Shown: piece by piece, positions 31,421-42,003 of the stretch
Numbering within the stretch: position 1 is the stretch's first letter
Layout of the letters: every line of letters starts with the position of its first letter
Origin: Escherichia phage EP01
Sequence record: OM135583.1
Length of the DNA: 64,000 nucleotides
Direction: 5' to 3' (one strand)
Translations under genes and position numbers: made by a program
The notes under the pieces: model-generated
The model's database searches: none
What the model was told of the DNA's origin: nothing
What the model saw: the letters and a program-made list of their open reading frames with translations, nothing else

Positions 31421-31613
31421 TACTTATAATTTCAACATCAGCCCAATGACCATAGCAAGGAAGACGAAATTCAACTGGCCAGTTAGGGTCCTTTTCTAAT
31501 ATAATAGACTGAACTTGTGGCTCTTCATATTCATCGGTATACGGACCTTTATACGTTACTTTATATGTGACCTTAATGTACTGAATTCCAAAAATCTTAT
31601 TAATTATATTCAT
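31407..31613 (-). CDS. hypothetical protein, 68 aa
   Basis: Same-strand ORF in compact array. Confidence 0.5.
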   Translation of the reverse strand: MNIINKIFGIQYIKVTYKVTYKGPYTDEYEEPQVQSIILEKDPNWPVEFRLPCYGHWADVEIISIENV

Positions 31614-31807
31614 ACTAATTCCTTTAATCCGTAAATAGGAGATAATTCATCACCCATACGAAGGTCTTCATTTCCATCTACCCAAGAAACAATATAAGCT
31701 TCTTTTATTTGAACGTCTCTCCATTTAAATGCAGGCAAAACCTTAGAAATTAATCCAGGTATACCGACTCCCTTTAATTCAACAGTTTGACCTAAAAAGA
31801 ATTTCAT
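31610..31807 (-). CDS. hypothetical protein, 65 aa
   Basis: Same-strand ORF with overlapping junctions. Confidence 0.5.
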   Translation of the reverse strand: MKFFLGQTVELKGVGIPGLISKVLPAFKWRDVQIKEAYIVSWVDGNEDLRMGDELSPIYGLKELV

Positions 31808-32094
31808 TAGAACCTCATCTGAAAACCGTGCGATTTAACATTACCGCCGTCAATATCAGAAATGTTAATTTCACGCGCAATTGAAGGGTCAATGTCAATT
31901 TCACGATTGAGTTTAGCGATAGCTAGAGTATCACGCCCATTTACAGTACGGAACTCTAAAGGGCAGACTGTATTAACATAGTTTTTAATCGATTCACTGG
32001 TAGGCTGCAAATGAGCAGGAAGGTCTTTAGGTGCCTTAGAGAAAACCACTTCACAGAAATTTTTGCGGGTATCAAAATAAGTAGTCATAAACAT
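31807..32094 (-). CDS. hypothetical protein, 96 aa
   Basis: Track ORF (112 aa) runs through the hairpin at 32112-32125; ATG at 32094 has GAGGAAA SD at 7 nt. Confidence 0.55.
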   Translation of the reverse strand: MFMTTYFDTRKNFCEVVFSKAPKDLPAHLQPTSESIKNYVNTVCPLEFRTVNGRDTLAIAKLNREIDIDPSIAREINISDIDGGNVKSHGFQMRF

Positions 32095-32111
32095 AGTATT
32101 TTCCTCAGTAA

Positions 32112-32125
32112 GGGGCCGAAGCCCC
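32112..32125 (-). terminator. hairpin between the 126-aa and 96-aa genes
   Basis: GGGGC, CGAA loop, GCCCC. Confidence 0.45.
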
Positions 32126-32134
32126 TGTTTTATT

Positions 32135-32515
32135 TTAAATATCAAATTCGTTAAGAACTACATCAAAGATTGCTTCAAGATGCTCAGGTTTAGCTCTGTT
32201 ACTCAGAATATGACGAATCCAAGTTTTAACCAGAAGCTTACGATTGACGCCATTCCAGCAAGGATGAGTCCCTAAATCGCGTTGACGGAAATCATCATCT
32301 AATGCGATTTTGAAAGAAGAACCTTCTTTCGTGATTGAAACCGTGATGCCGCCATTTTCAAATCGCATATAAACGTAGTTAGGAGTCATATACTGTTCAA
32401 TTTCGCATACTGATCCATTTTGATGTTTCCAAAGGCAGATAGTATCAATAGAACCTGCAATACCGTTAGAAACATATTTACGTTCAAAGTTGATGTAGTT
32501 CATTTTATTCTCCAA
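32135..32515 (-). CDS. hypothetical protein, 126 aa
   Basis: Same-strand ORF; hairpin terminator downstream. Confidence 0.6.
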   Translation of the reverse strand: MENKMNYINFERKYVSNGIAGSIDTICLWKHQNGSVCEIEQYMTPNYVYMRFENGGITVSITKEGSSFKIALDDDFRQRDLGTHPCWNGVNRKLLVKTWIRHILSNRAKPEHLEAIFDVVLNEFDI

Positions 32516-32570
32516 GGTGTTTAATTGCGGTACAGGTATATAATATCATATCCTGTACCAAAGTAAACAA

Positions 32571-32903
32571 TTATTTTACTACTTTCCAATGCTTCATGTC
32601 AAGTTTACCAACTTTTTTCATCTTCTCAATTAAGCGTTCGGCACGTTGGCGAGCTGTAACATAATACCATTCACCCAATTCATTTTGTTCAATTTTTCCA
32701 ACGATTACTGTATTCAATTCATAAATCCAACCAGTAAAGAAATTATGAACTTGAATTGTAAAGGTGAAATCTGTTCCCATACCTTCTGTTGTTTCTACTT
32801 CAATAATATCACCTTCAACTGCCATTAAGAACCACATAGTTTCGTTATATTCACCATTGAAACATTTAGCTTTAACCGCAGCGTTCAGATTAATCGTTTT
32901 CAT
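32571..32903 (-). CDS. hypothetical protein, 110 aa
   Basis: Same-strand ORF; early promoter and GGAGAA SD upstream. Confidence 0.6.
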   Translation of the reverse strand: MKTINLNAAVKAKCFNGEYNETMWFLMAVEGDIIEVETTEGMGTDFTFTIQVHNFFTGWIYELNTVIVGKIEQNELGEWYYVTARQRAERLIEKMKKVGKLDMKHWKVVK

Positions 32904-32930
32904 TTTATTCTCCTTTGTTTGTGTAAGATA

Positions 32931-32959
32931 ATACTATCACAAAGGAACTATACTGTAAA
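32931..32959 (-). promoter_or_regulatory. sigma70-type early promoter for the 110-aa gene
   Basis: Minus strand GTTTACA, 17-nt spacer ending TGTGA, TAGTAT. Confidence 0.5.
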
Positions 32960-32990
32960 CAACTTTGTGCAATCTTTGGAAAATAAAAAA

Positions 32991-33008
32991 GGACTCCCGA
33001 AGGAGTCC
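32991..33008 (-). terminator. intrinsic terminator after the 72-aa basic protein gene
   Basis: GGACTCC, CGAA loop, GGAGTCC, then U-run on minus-strand RNA. Confidence 0.65.
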
Positions 33009-33013
33009 TTAAC

Positions 33014-33232
33014 TTATGCTTTCTGCTTACCAAAACGAGAAGCATCATCTCGAAGAACCGCACGTGCTCGGCGCATGATCTTCTCAACAGTTTGATTGAT
33101 ACGAGAGTTCGACCCACGCTTGTAACCAGCGCGTTTAGAATCACCAACTTTCTTTTCAACTGCTTTCTTTGCTTTAGCTTGTTTTGCCATTATAAATTCT
33201 CTTTTAAATGAAAATGCAGGACTTATTGGCAT
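33014..33232 (-). CDS. hypothetical small basic protein, 72 aa
   Basis: K/R-rich ORF followed by a hairpin plus T-run on the minus strand. Confidence 0.55.
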   Translation of the reverse strand: MPISPAFSFKREFIMAKQAKAKKAVEKKVGDSKRAGYKRGSNSRINQTVEKIMRRARAVLRDDASRFGKQKA

Positions 33233-33310
33233 TGCCTGCGAAAGCCCTCAAAGGGGTACTTAGGTTTTGAATATTTACCGACAGGATAACCATAAACCTC
33301 GTCAACATAA

Positions 33311-33559
33311 TTACTTCAGTGTTACCACAAAGTGACGAACTGCTTTTCGTGCAGCAGAAGCCAGAGGCTTAGCATATTTAAGTTCATCTTTTTCCTGGAG
33401 CTCAGCAGCTAGTGCAGTTTGAGCAGGATTCAGATGTTTGAAATAACGCAGGATTTCAAGAGCTTCGGCTTCAACATCAATAGATGCGCCATAGTTTTCG
33501 TGACCATTATTCCATGCGTTTCGTTGCAGTTCGAGAGCGTGTTGTAATTGTTTAATCAT
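33311..33559 (-). CDS. rIII: lysis inhibition accessory protein rIII, 82 aa
   Basis: Size and sequence as T4 RIII; position between gene 31 and the gene 30 cluster. Confidence 0.9.
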   Translation of the reverse strand: MIKQLQHALELQRNAWNNGHENYGASIDVEAEALEILRYFKHLNPAQTALAAELQEKDELKYAKPLASAARKAVRHFVVTLK

Positions 33560-33706
33560 TTAAAAATTCTCGTTAGAGATTAAAACTCGGTAGCCACGTT
33601 CTTCTGAATTTCATCTTCTTTCGACAGATCTCTCAGTTGTAGACTACCACATAGAATTGTTCGGTTAACTTATTATTCCGACACCCAATTCATATTATTA
33701 TTTATA

Positions 33707-34042
33707 TCACTTATAAAGACACGGAATAGCTTTATAGTGACAGGTAACGAATTTTTGTTTAATTTCTTTTGGCTGCTTAAGACCCAGAGCTACAAAAGGA
33801 TGCGGAACGTTTCGAATTTGACCAACTGGAAGAGAAGTCAAATCACCAACTTCACAGAAACCTTCAGGAACATCAGGACCAACAGAGTGAACTACACACA
33901 GTTCAGGAACTTCACCTTGAACACGTTTACCGATGATAAGTCCTGATTCTGTGACTTCTTCATCACCGGCTTGCGCAGGTTCAGAAACTAAAATAACATA
34001 TTCACCGACAGCATGAATTGGTAGCTGTTGTACTTCAGACAT
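33707..34042 (-). CDS. 31: GroES-like co-chaperonin for capsid folding, 111 aa
   Basis: Size and sequence as T4 gp31; MotA-box promoter and AAGGA SD upstream. Confidence 0.93.
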   Translation of the reverse strand: MSEVQQLPIHAVGEYVILVSEPAQAGDEEVTESGLIIGKRVQGEVPELCVVHSVGPDVPEGFCEVGDLTSLPVGQIRNVPHPFVALGLKQPKEIKQKFVTCHYKAIPCLYK

Positions 34043-34072
34043 CGTTTTTCCTTTTTGTTAACAGATGAATTA

Positions 34073-34099
34073 ATAATAACAAATAATTCTTAAAGCATT
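34073..34099 (-). promoter_or_regulatory. MotA-dependent middle promoter for gene 31
   Basis: Minus strand AATGCTTTA, 12-nt spacer, TATTAT; 30 nt upstream of ATG. Confidence 0.65.
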
Positions 34100-34407
34100 T
34101 ATTTACCAATAAATTGAAGCAAATGCTCAACTTTCATACCATTAACGGAAATCAATTTGTCAATAGAAAAACCTCGCCATGCGCCGAGTTCAACATCAAA
34201 TACTGGAATCATATCAGTAGATTCTTTCCGAGTAGATTCAGTCAATTTACCGGTTTGCATGGTTGGCATAAAGTCTGCATCACGAGTACCTTTCATAGTA
34301 CGAATAGTACCATCAGACTTTTCAAAAACCACGTTTGAAATACCCATGGACAATTTAGTTTTCAAAATTTCACGAATTGCTACTTTTTGTTCAGTCGTCA
34401 GTTTCAT
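34099..34407 (-). CDS. hypothetical protein, 102 aa (position of T4 31.1)
   Basis: Same-strand ORF between cd cluster and gene 31. Confidence 0.6.
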   Translation of the reverse strand: MKLTTEQKVAIREILKTKLSMGISNVVFEKSDGTIRTMKGTRDADFMPTMQTGKLTESTRKESTDMIPVFDVELGAWRGFSIDKLISVNGMKVEHLLQFIGK

Positions 34408-34644
34408 TTATTTACCTATCACAGTTTTAATATGGGTTGTTCCACGTTCTTTAAGTGTGGAAAGCAGTTTTTTGCATTTTTCTAAATCAGATTTCCAACT
34501 ATATGGATTATCAATACAAACCCAGTTTGACTTATAATACTGCTTCCATTTAGAGAAAAAATATTTCTTATACTCTACAGCAAATGAAATGTTCTCATTA
34601 GAATAAGAACTAATTGCTGTGAGTTGTACCAAACGAAATTTCAT
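34408..34644 (-). CDS. hypothetical protein, 78 aa (position of T4 31.2)
   Basis: Same-strand ORF abutting neighbours. Confidence 0.55.
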   Translation of the reverse strand: MKFRLVQLTAISSYSNENISFAVEYKKYFFSKWKQYYKSNWVCIDNPYSWKSDLEKCKKLLSTLKERGTTHIKTVIGK

Positions 34645-35225
34645 TATTCACCGCAGAATTCGTTGATATTTTCCCAGTTTAACTTATTCAAGTTTTTCTT
34701 AGGAACATTAAACACTTCAATACCTGCATTTCGCAGAATATCATCCCAGCCAGGTTTATTTTTATCGTATGTTTCGCAATAAACCAGCTTTTTAATACCA
34801 GATTGAGCTATCGCTTTTGCACAATCTGGGCAAGGAGAAAGTGTTACATACATAGTAGCACCTTCAATTGAAGAACCGTTTCGTGCAGCAAACAAAATCG
34901 CATTTAGTTCAGCATGAATTTCATTTTTAGACGACCATTCAGAGTGAGCGCTGCGGTGTTCTTTCGCCAAAACAAAACGATCAGTTGAACCAAATGATGC
35001 ACATTCGGGCTTATGACCTTGAATGATAGTTTGTTTAGGCTTATTCAGCAACCAACCTTGCTCGGCAGCATAATCGCAGCAATTCACACCACCTGCCGGA
35101 GAACCGTTATATCCGGTAGAAATAATACGTCCATTCTTTTCAATTACTGCTCCTACCTTCCAGGAGCAACATTTGGATTCTTGTGATACTAAATATGCAA
35201 TTTGAAGTACTGTACTCGCTTTCAT
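34644..35225 (-). CDS. cd: dCMP deaminase, 193 aa
   Basis: Zinc-binding deaminase motifs (H-x-E and PC-x-x-C); size as T4 Cd. Confidence 0.93.
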   Translation of the reverse strand: MKASTVLQIAYLVSQESKCCSWKVGAVIEKNGRIISTGYNGSPAGGVNCCDYAAEQGWLLNKPKQTIIQGHKPECASFGSTDRFVLAKEHRSAHSEWSSKNEIHAELNAILFAARNGSSIEGATMYVTLSPCPDCAKAIAQSGIKKLVYCETYDKNKPGWDDILRNAGIEVFNVPKKNLNKLNWENINEFCGE

Positions 35226-35560
35226 TTCATAATCACCAGATAAGCAGATTTAGCAGTTTCAACACGATAAATTTCGTGACGAAGTTTAGTTATACTTTTA
35301 ATAACAGAACTAATTATATTCTGCCCATCTTTAAAGCGGTTTTTCTTATCAATAAAAATTGCACCAGCCATCTTTTTGTGAAGCTCAACTGGATACTTCG
35401 TCACAATAATAGCATCATACACAGAAGGATGAATACTATTCACTAGAGTATCATTCATTAAAGTTATTCTAATGAACTGTGCTGTTTCAGAGTCAAGCGC
35501 TCTATGATCGCCAGTATCATTTTCAAGACAATTATCAATTATATCAGTTAAATTCATCAT
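35222..35560 (-). CDS. hypothetical protein, 112 aa (cd.x array)
   Basis: Same-strand ORF, 4-nt overlaps. Confidence 0.55.
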   Translation of the reverse strand: MMNLTDIIDNCLENDTGDHRALDSETAQFIRITLMNDTLVNSIHPSVYDAIIVTKYPVELHKKMAGAIFIDKKNRFKDGQNIISSVIKSITKLRHEIYRVETAKSAYLVIMK

Positions 35561-35793
35561 AGTACGCCATACACCCTTTGTGCTTCAACTAATCCATCAA
35601 AATCCAGTTTAAGATGTGTTATTTGGTCACCATCACCTGGATTCACAATTACTAATACTGAACGAGGAGTTTCGGTAATAACACGAACCGATGTTTCAGG
35701 AAATCGTTCAGAAACCTTATTTACCAATTCCTGAGCAAATAGTTTAATTTTTTCTTGAAATTCTTTAACAGTAATTGGTTTTTCACTTAGCAT
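35557..35793 (-). CDS. hypothetical protein, 78 aa (cd.x array)
   Basis: Same-strand ORF; early promoter upstream at 35823-35851. Confidence 0.55.
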   Translation of the reverse strand: MLSEKPITVKEFQEKIKLFAQELVNKVSERFPETSVRVITETPRSVLVIVNPGDGDQITHLKLDFDGLVEAQRVYGVL

Positions 35794-35822
35794 TTCAATT
35801 TCCTCATTTGTTTGGTAGAGCT

Positions 35823-35851
35823 ATAATATCACAACTCTACCGTAAAGTAAA
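35823..35851 (-). promoter_or_regulatory. sigma70-type early promoter for the 78-aa cd.x gene
   Basis: Minus strand TTTACT, 17-nt spacer ending TGTGA, TATTAT. Confidence 0.5.
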
Positions 35852-35854
35852 CTA

Positions 35855-36130
35855 TTAAATTGCTTTGAATTCTGATGTCTGTGATTCAAAACGAATATCG
35901 CCTTTGATGACTAGCTCAGCATCAAGACCGAATACGACAATGATATGCGCGGAACCTGGATACAGCGTAATTGCAATAGAATCCACTTGGTCTGGAAGCA
36001 AAGCGTTCAATACATGAGTCACTTGAGCGTGGATTCGAAGTTCAGCTGCATTATCAAGCTTTTCAAACATGTTATTAGCGATAATTTGGCTAAACACTAC
36101 TTCTACGATTTTAGAGTAAGTCGGAAACAT
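35855..36130 (-). CDS. hypothetical protein, 91 aa (cd.x array)
   Basis: Same-strand ORF. Confidence 0.55.
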   Translation of the reverse strand: MFPTYSKIVEVVFSQIIANNMFEKLDNAAELRIHAQVTHVLNALLPDQVDSIAITLYPGSAHIIVVFGLDAELVIKGDIRFESQTSEFKAI

Positions 36131-36132
36131 AT

Positions 36133-36333
36133 TTACCTCACATAATTTTCTTCAAGCCAATCAATAACATCCAAAGCGTTATCAAAAATTGAACCATCTA
36201 CTTTGTCTTCTGTTTCATAATCAAGAACATCTAAGCCTACTCTTCCGTCAACAATAGGCCATAGACAAAATAGATATTTCTTTTCTTTTTCAATTTTATC
36301 ACAAAGACGATAAATCTTTTCTAGATTATTCAT
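36133..36333 (-). CDS. hypothetical protein, 66 aa (cd.x array)
   Basis: Same-strand ORF. Confidence 0.5.
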   Translation of the reverse strand: MNNLEKIYRLCDKIEKEKKYLFCLWPIVDGRVGLDVLDYETEDKVDGSIFDNALDVIDWLEENYVR

Positions 36334-36522
36334 AAGTTTTCCATGGTAAAGGCAGTTTAGTTTTCTTTACTGTTAGTTCAACATCAGGATTCTTTTCTCT
36401 TAATTTGAGGCATTCCTCCCAAGCTCTGATTTCACTAGTGAATATACAAAATTGCCCATTACTAGTACCAACTAAACCGCTATTTACAATAACAATAGAC
36501 CATGTTTCATGATGCCAAGCCA

Positions 36523-36523
<1 letters not shown>
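36326..36523 (-). CDS. hypothetical protein, 65 aa (cd.x array)
   Basis: Same-strand ORF abutting pseT. Confidence 0.5.
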
Positions 36524-37723
<1,200 letters not shown>

Positions 37724-37727
<4 letters not shown>

Positions 37728-37954
37728 TTATTTTTCTCAACCAATGATTGAATATAATCATGCAGGTCTTTAGATGCTTTACCCCACTTATTTTGGTATT
37801 CATTTTTAAGATTAGCCCGAGATTGAGCTAATAAAACATCATTAGTTGGAGGTAAAGATTCTAATCGTTGAATCTGGCGTCCATAAATCATTGCAGCCAT
37901 CTCGGATTCATAAATCAATCCTTTGAGATGTTCAAATTGATGCCATGAAATCAT
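37724..37954 (-). CDS. hypothetical protein, 76 aa
   Basis: Same-strand ORF with 4-nt overlaps. Confidence 0.55.
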
Positions 37955-38250
37955 TTACATTTATCCTCTTTTAGCTCTTGACGATAATAACATATCATAG
38001 TTTTTTGGTCATGTACATATCGTTTTACATCATTAAGCCAAATACGAAATTCCTGAGAATCTTCGAATGGCATACCGACCCAAGCTTTACCATCAATAAC
38101 TTTAACTTGCCAAGATAGTTTAGCTTCGTCATATGACTTTATTTGCACGGGCCAATTAGGATGAACTGTTTCTTTCTTTACTTCTAGAGGCTTTGTCGAA
38201 CAACCAACTAGAAGACCAATAGATAATATTACTGCTGATAGTTTAATCAT
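37951..38250 (-). CDS. pseT.2: outer-membrane lipoprotein, putative o-spanin (Rz1-like), 99 aa
   Basis: Signal peptide with lipobox LLVGC; start overlaps stop of the upstream TM coiled-coil gene; T4 naming from memory. Confidence 0.6.
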   Translation of the reverse strand: MIKLSAVILSIGLLVGCSTKPLEVKKETVHPNWPVQIKSYDEAKLSWQVKVIDGKAWVGMPFEDSQEFRIWLNDVKRYVHDQKTMICYYRQELKEDKCK

Positions 38251-38600
38251 TTAGAAAGGTCCTGGATGTCTTCTGCGAACTTGTTGAAGGAGTTGTTGAT
38301 TTGTTTTTCAACCAATCCTGGCTTATGAGCCACCACATCCGCCTTCTTTGCATCTTTGCGCAGTTTTTCATTTTCACGCTCAATAGCAGCAATTGCCTCA
38401 CGATTTTTATTATTCATCGCATCAATATAATTATATTGAATTTTTAAATCATTCAATGCTAAAGCGTTTTCATTGGCCGTTTTTGTAATTTCAGTAACCG
38501 ATGTTTCTAATCTTTCTACCTTATTTTTTAAAATAATAGATGTTCCGCCAAATGCTATTACAAGTAATAGCAATCCAGCTGTAAAATTACTTACATGCAT
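38247..38600 (-). CDS. pseT.3: N-terminal TM plus coiled-coil protein, putative i-spanin (Rz-like), 117 aa
   Basis: Hydrophobic stretch AGLLLLVIAFGGTSIIL then charged helical region; paired with downstream lipoprotein; T4 naming from memory. Confidence 0.6.
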   Translation of the reverse strand: MHVSNFTAGLLLLVIAFGGTSIILKNKVERLETSVTEITKTANENALALNDLKIQYNYIDAMNNKNREAIAAIERENEKLRKDAKKADVVAHKPGLVEKQINNSFNKFAEDIQDLSK

Positions 38601-39094
38601 AAAGTTTTAATAACCTCTACAATATCGTCTTGAGAAAGACCGTTAATTAAAATATGATGTTCAGCCGGAGATTTAGAAATTTTAAAGCATGCCTCAACAT
38701 CTTCTGCCATATCTGATGCACTACGATTTGGATTACTAATTCCAAGACGATGCTTTTCTGTCAAAGGATTAACAATGATGTAGCATTTACAGTTATTAAT
38801 ATGAACATTAGGTTGAGTCTGATTAATGAACACTTCACAATTATATTTCGCAAGCTGATTTTCTAAAAAGACTTTCATCTCCTCAACCGCATCAGGAAGC
38901 ATATCACGGGCTTGCTCAAGACGACGATTTCGATATTCTTTGATGGTCGTTTTCCGCTTAACTTGCTTAGCTAAATCTTTCTTAAGATCGGTGATATATC
39001 CAACTCGACGATTTCCTTTAAATACAGAAATCCCATCTGTAGTATCACCATATGCTTCAACGACCATCTCAGTAGTAATAAGCTGCAAATCCAT
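38591..39094 (-). CDS. alc: Alc, transcription terminator of dC-containing DNA, 167 aa
   Basis: Sequence from MDLQLITTEMVV matches T4 Alc; second ATG chosen on SD spacing; early promoter cassette upstream. Confidence 0.85.
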   Translation of the reverse strand: MDLQLITTEMVVEAYGDTTDGISVFKGNRRVGYITDLKKDLAKQVKRKTTIKEYRNRRLEQARDMLPDAVEEMKVFLENQLAKYNCEVFINQTQPNVHINNCKCYIIVNPLTEKHRLGISNPNRSASDMAEDVEACFKISKSPAEHHILINGLSQDDIVEVIKTLCM

Positions 39095-39102
39095 CATAAA
39101 GT

Positions 39103-39155
39103 CCTCATGTTATGTCAGTAAGTCTACTATAACACAACATGAGGGACTTGTAAAC
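39103..39155 (-). promoter_or_regulatory. early promoter plus leader cassette, copy 2, upstream of alc
   Basis: Minus strand GTTTACA, 17-nt spacer, TGT-TATAGT, leader with GAGGA SD; near-identical to 23947-23999. Confidence 0.6.
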
Positions 39156-39158
39156 AGC

Positions 39159-40746
<1,588 letters not shown>

Positions 40747-40754
40747 AATAAAAT

Positions 40755-40768
40755 GGGCCTTGCGGCCC
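40755..40768 (-). terminator. hairpin between nrdB and denA
   Basis: GGGCC, TTGC loop, GGCCC, in the 27-nt gap. Confidence 0.45.
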
Positions 40769-40773
40769 ACTCC

Positions 40774-41952
40774 TTAAAAGTATTTTTTAAAACTCATCAT
40801 AACTTTATCATCAACATCATTATCAATCTGTGCAACAAGGTAAGATGACAGTTCTACTTCTTGTGGCGCGGATTGAACATTATCAGAATTAAGATATTCA
40901 CGAATCCAAGGATATGGATGTTTAACCGGAGCATCGGTAATTGGGCATGGAAGACCACACTGTTTCATACGAGATACAGTTAAGTAATCAATAAAGCTCC
41001 ACATGCTATTTGTATTTAATCCAGGAACATCACCATCTTTAAATAAATGAACTGCCCAATCTTTTTCTTGGCGGTTAACTTCCATGAAAATATCAACTGC
41101 TTCTTGTTCACACTCTTGAGCAATTTTAACCCATTCATCACCATCAGTACCGGATTGAAGTTGACGAATAATATATTGAGTGCCTTTAAGGTGAAGCTGC
41201 TCATCACGCGCAATGAACTTCATAATCTTGGCATTACCTTCCATGATTTCCATGTTCTTATGGAAGTTAAAGGTACATGCAAAAGATACATAAAAACGAA
41301 TAGCTTCTAAGGCATTAATAACGTGCAAACAGAGGTAAAGAGATTTCATTAGTGCTCGTTTAGCTTCGGCTTCTTGTTTAATAGCTCGATTTAAACGAAA
41401 AACAGCATCAGGAGATTCTTTAGCTAGTTCTGTAAATTCTTTAGCATTTTCCCATTCACGGGTTTTAGTCAGAACATCATCATAATAGCGACCGATAGAT
41501 TCAGCACGTTTCATGATAGCTTCATCTAGTACAATCTCATCAAATACCTTCGATGGATCAGTATAAAGATTTCGCATGATATGGGTATATGAACGGCTAT
41601 GAATAGTTTCACTAAAAGTCCATGTAGCAACCCATGTATCAAGACTTGGGTCTGAAATTAATGACATAAGTACAGCAGATGGCGCACGACCCTGAATGCT
41701 ATCTAGAAGTGATTGATACTTCAGATTATTAGTAAAAATATCTTGCTGATATTGAGGAAGCTTGTTAAATTGTGCAGCATCCATCATTAAGTTTACTTCT
41801 TCAGGACGCCAGAAAAATGACAACTGCTTTTCGGTTAAATCTTCAAAAACTTTATGACGTTGAATATCATAACGCGCAATACCAAGACCTGAACCGAAGA
41901 ACATAGGTTCTTTTAAAACATCAACTGGATTTGTATTAAAAACTGTGCTCAT
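40774..41952 (-). CDS. nrdB: ribonucleotide reductase small subunit, 392 aa, uninterrupted
   Basis: Continuous ORF, di-iron R2 family; synteny nrdA-nrdB-denA. Confidence 0.94.
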   Translation of the reverse strand: MSTVFNTNPVDVLKEPMFFGSGLGIARYDIQRHKVFEDLTEKQLSFFWRPEEVNLMMDAAQFNKLPQYQQDIFTNNLKYQSLLDSIQGRAPSAVLMSLISDPSLDTWVATWTFSETIHSRSYTHIMRNLYTDPSKVFDEIVLDEAIMKRAESIGRYYDDVLTKTREWENAKEFTELAKESPDAVFRLNRAIKQEAEAKRALMKSLYLCLHVINALEAIRFYVSFACTFNFHKNMEIMEGNAKIMKFIARDEQLHLKGTQYIIRQLQSGTDGDEWVKIAQECEQEAVDIFMEVNRQEKDWAVHLFKDGDVPGLNTNSMWSFIDYLTVSRMKQCGLPCPITDAPVKHPYPWIREYLNSDNVQSAPQEVELSSYLVAQIDNDVDDKVMMSFKKYF

Positions 41953-42003
41953 AAATTTTCCGCTTAGTTAATAGATAGTGACTCGTCCGTGAGTCAAATT
42001 ATA

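Noticed and set aside
32905-33159. 84-aa minus-strand ORF overlapping the 72-aa basic protein gene
   Set aside because: Overlaps a better-supported ORF in another frame and spans the terminator hairpin at 32991-33008.
40747-40770. N-terminal extensions in the ORF track (denA here; likewise 20, uvsW.1, rnlA, frd, 33, rnh and others)
   Set aside because: These begin at TTG/GTG and some read through intergenic hairpins; internal ATGs with SD sequences reproduce the T4 protein lengths.
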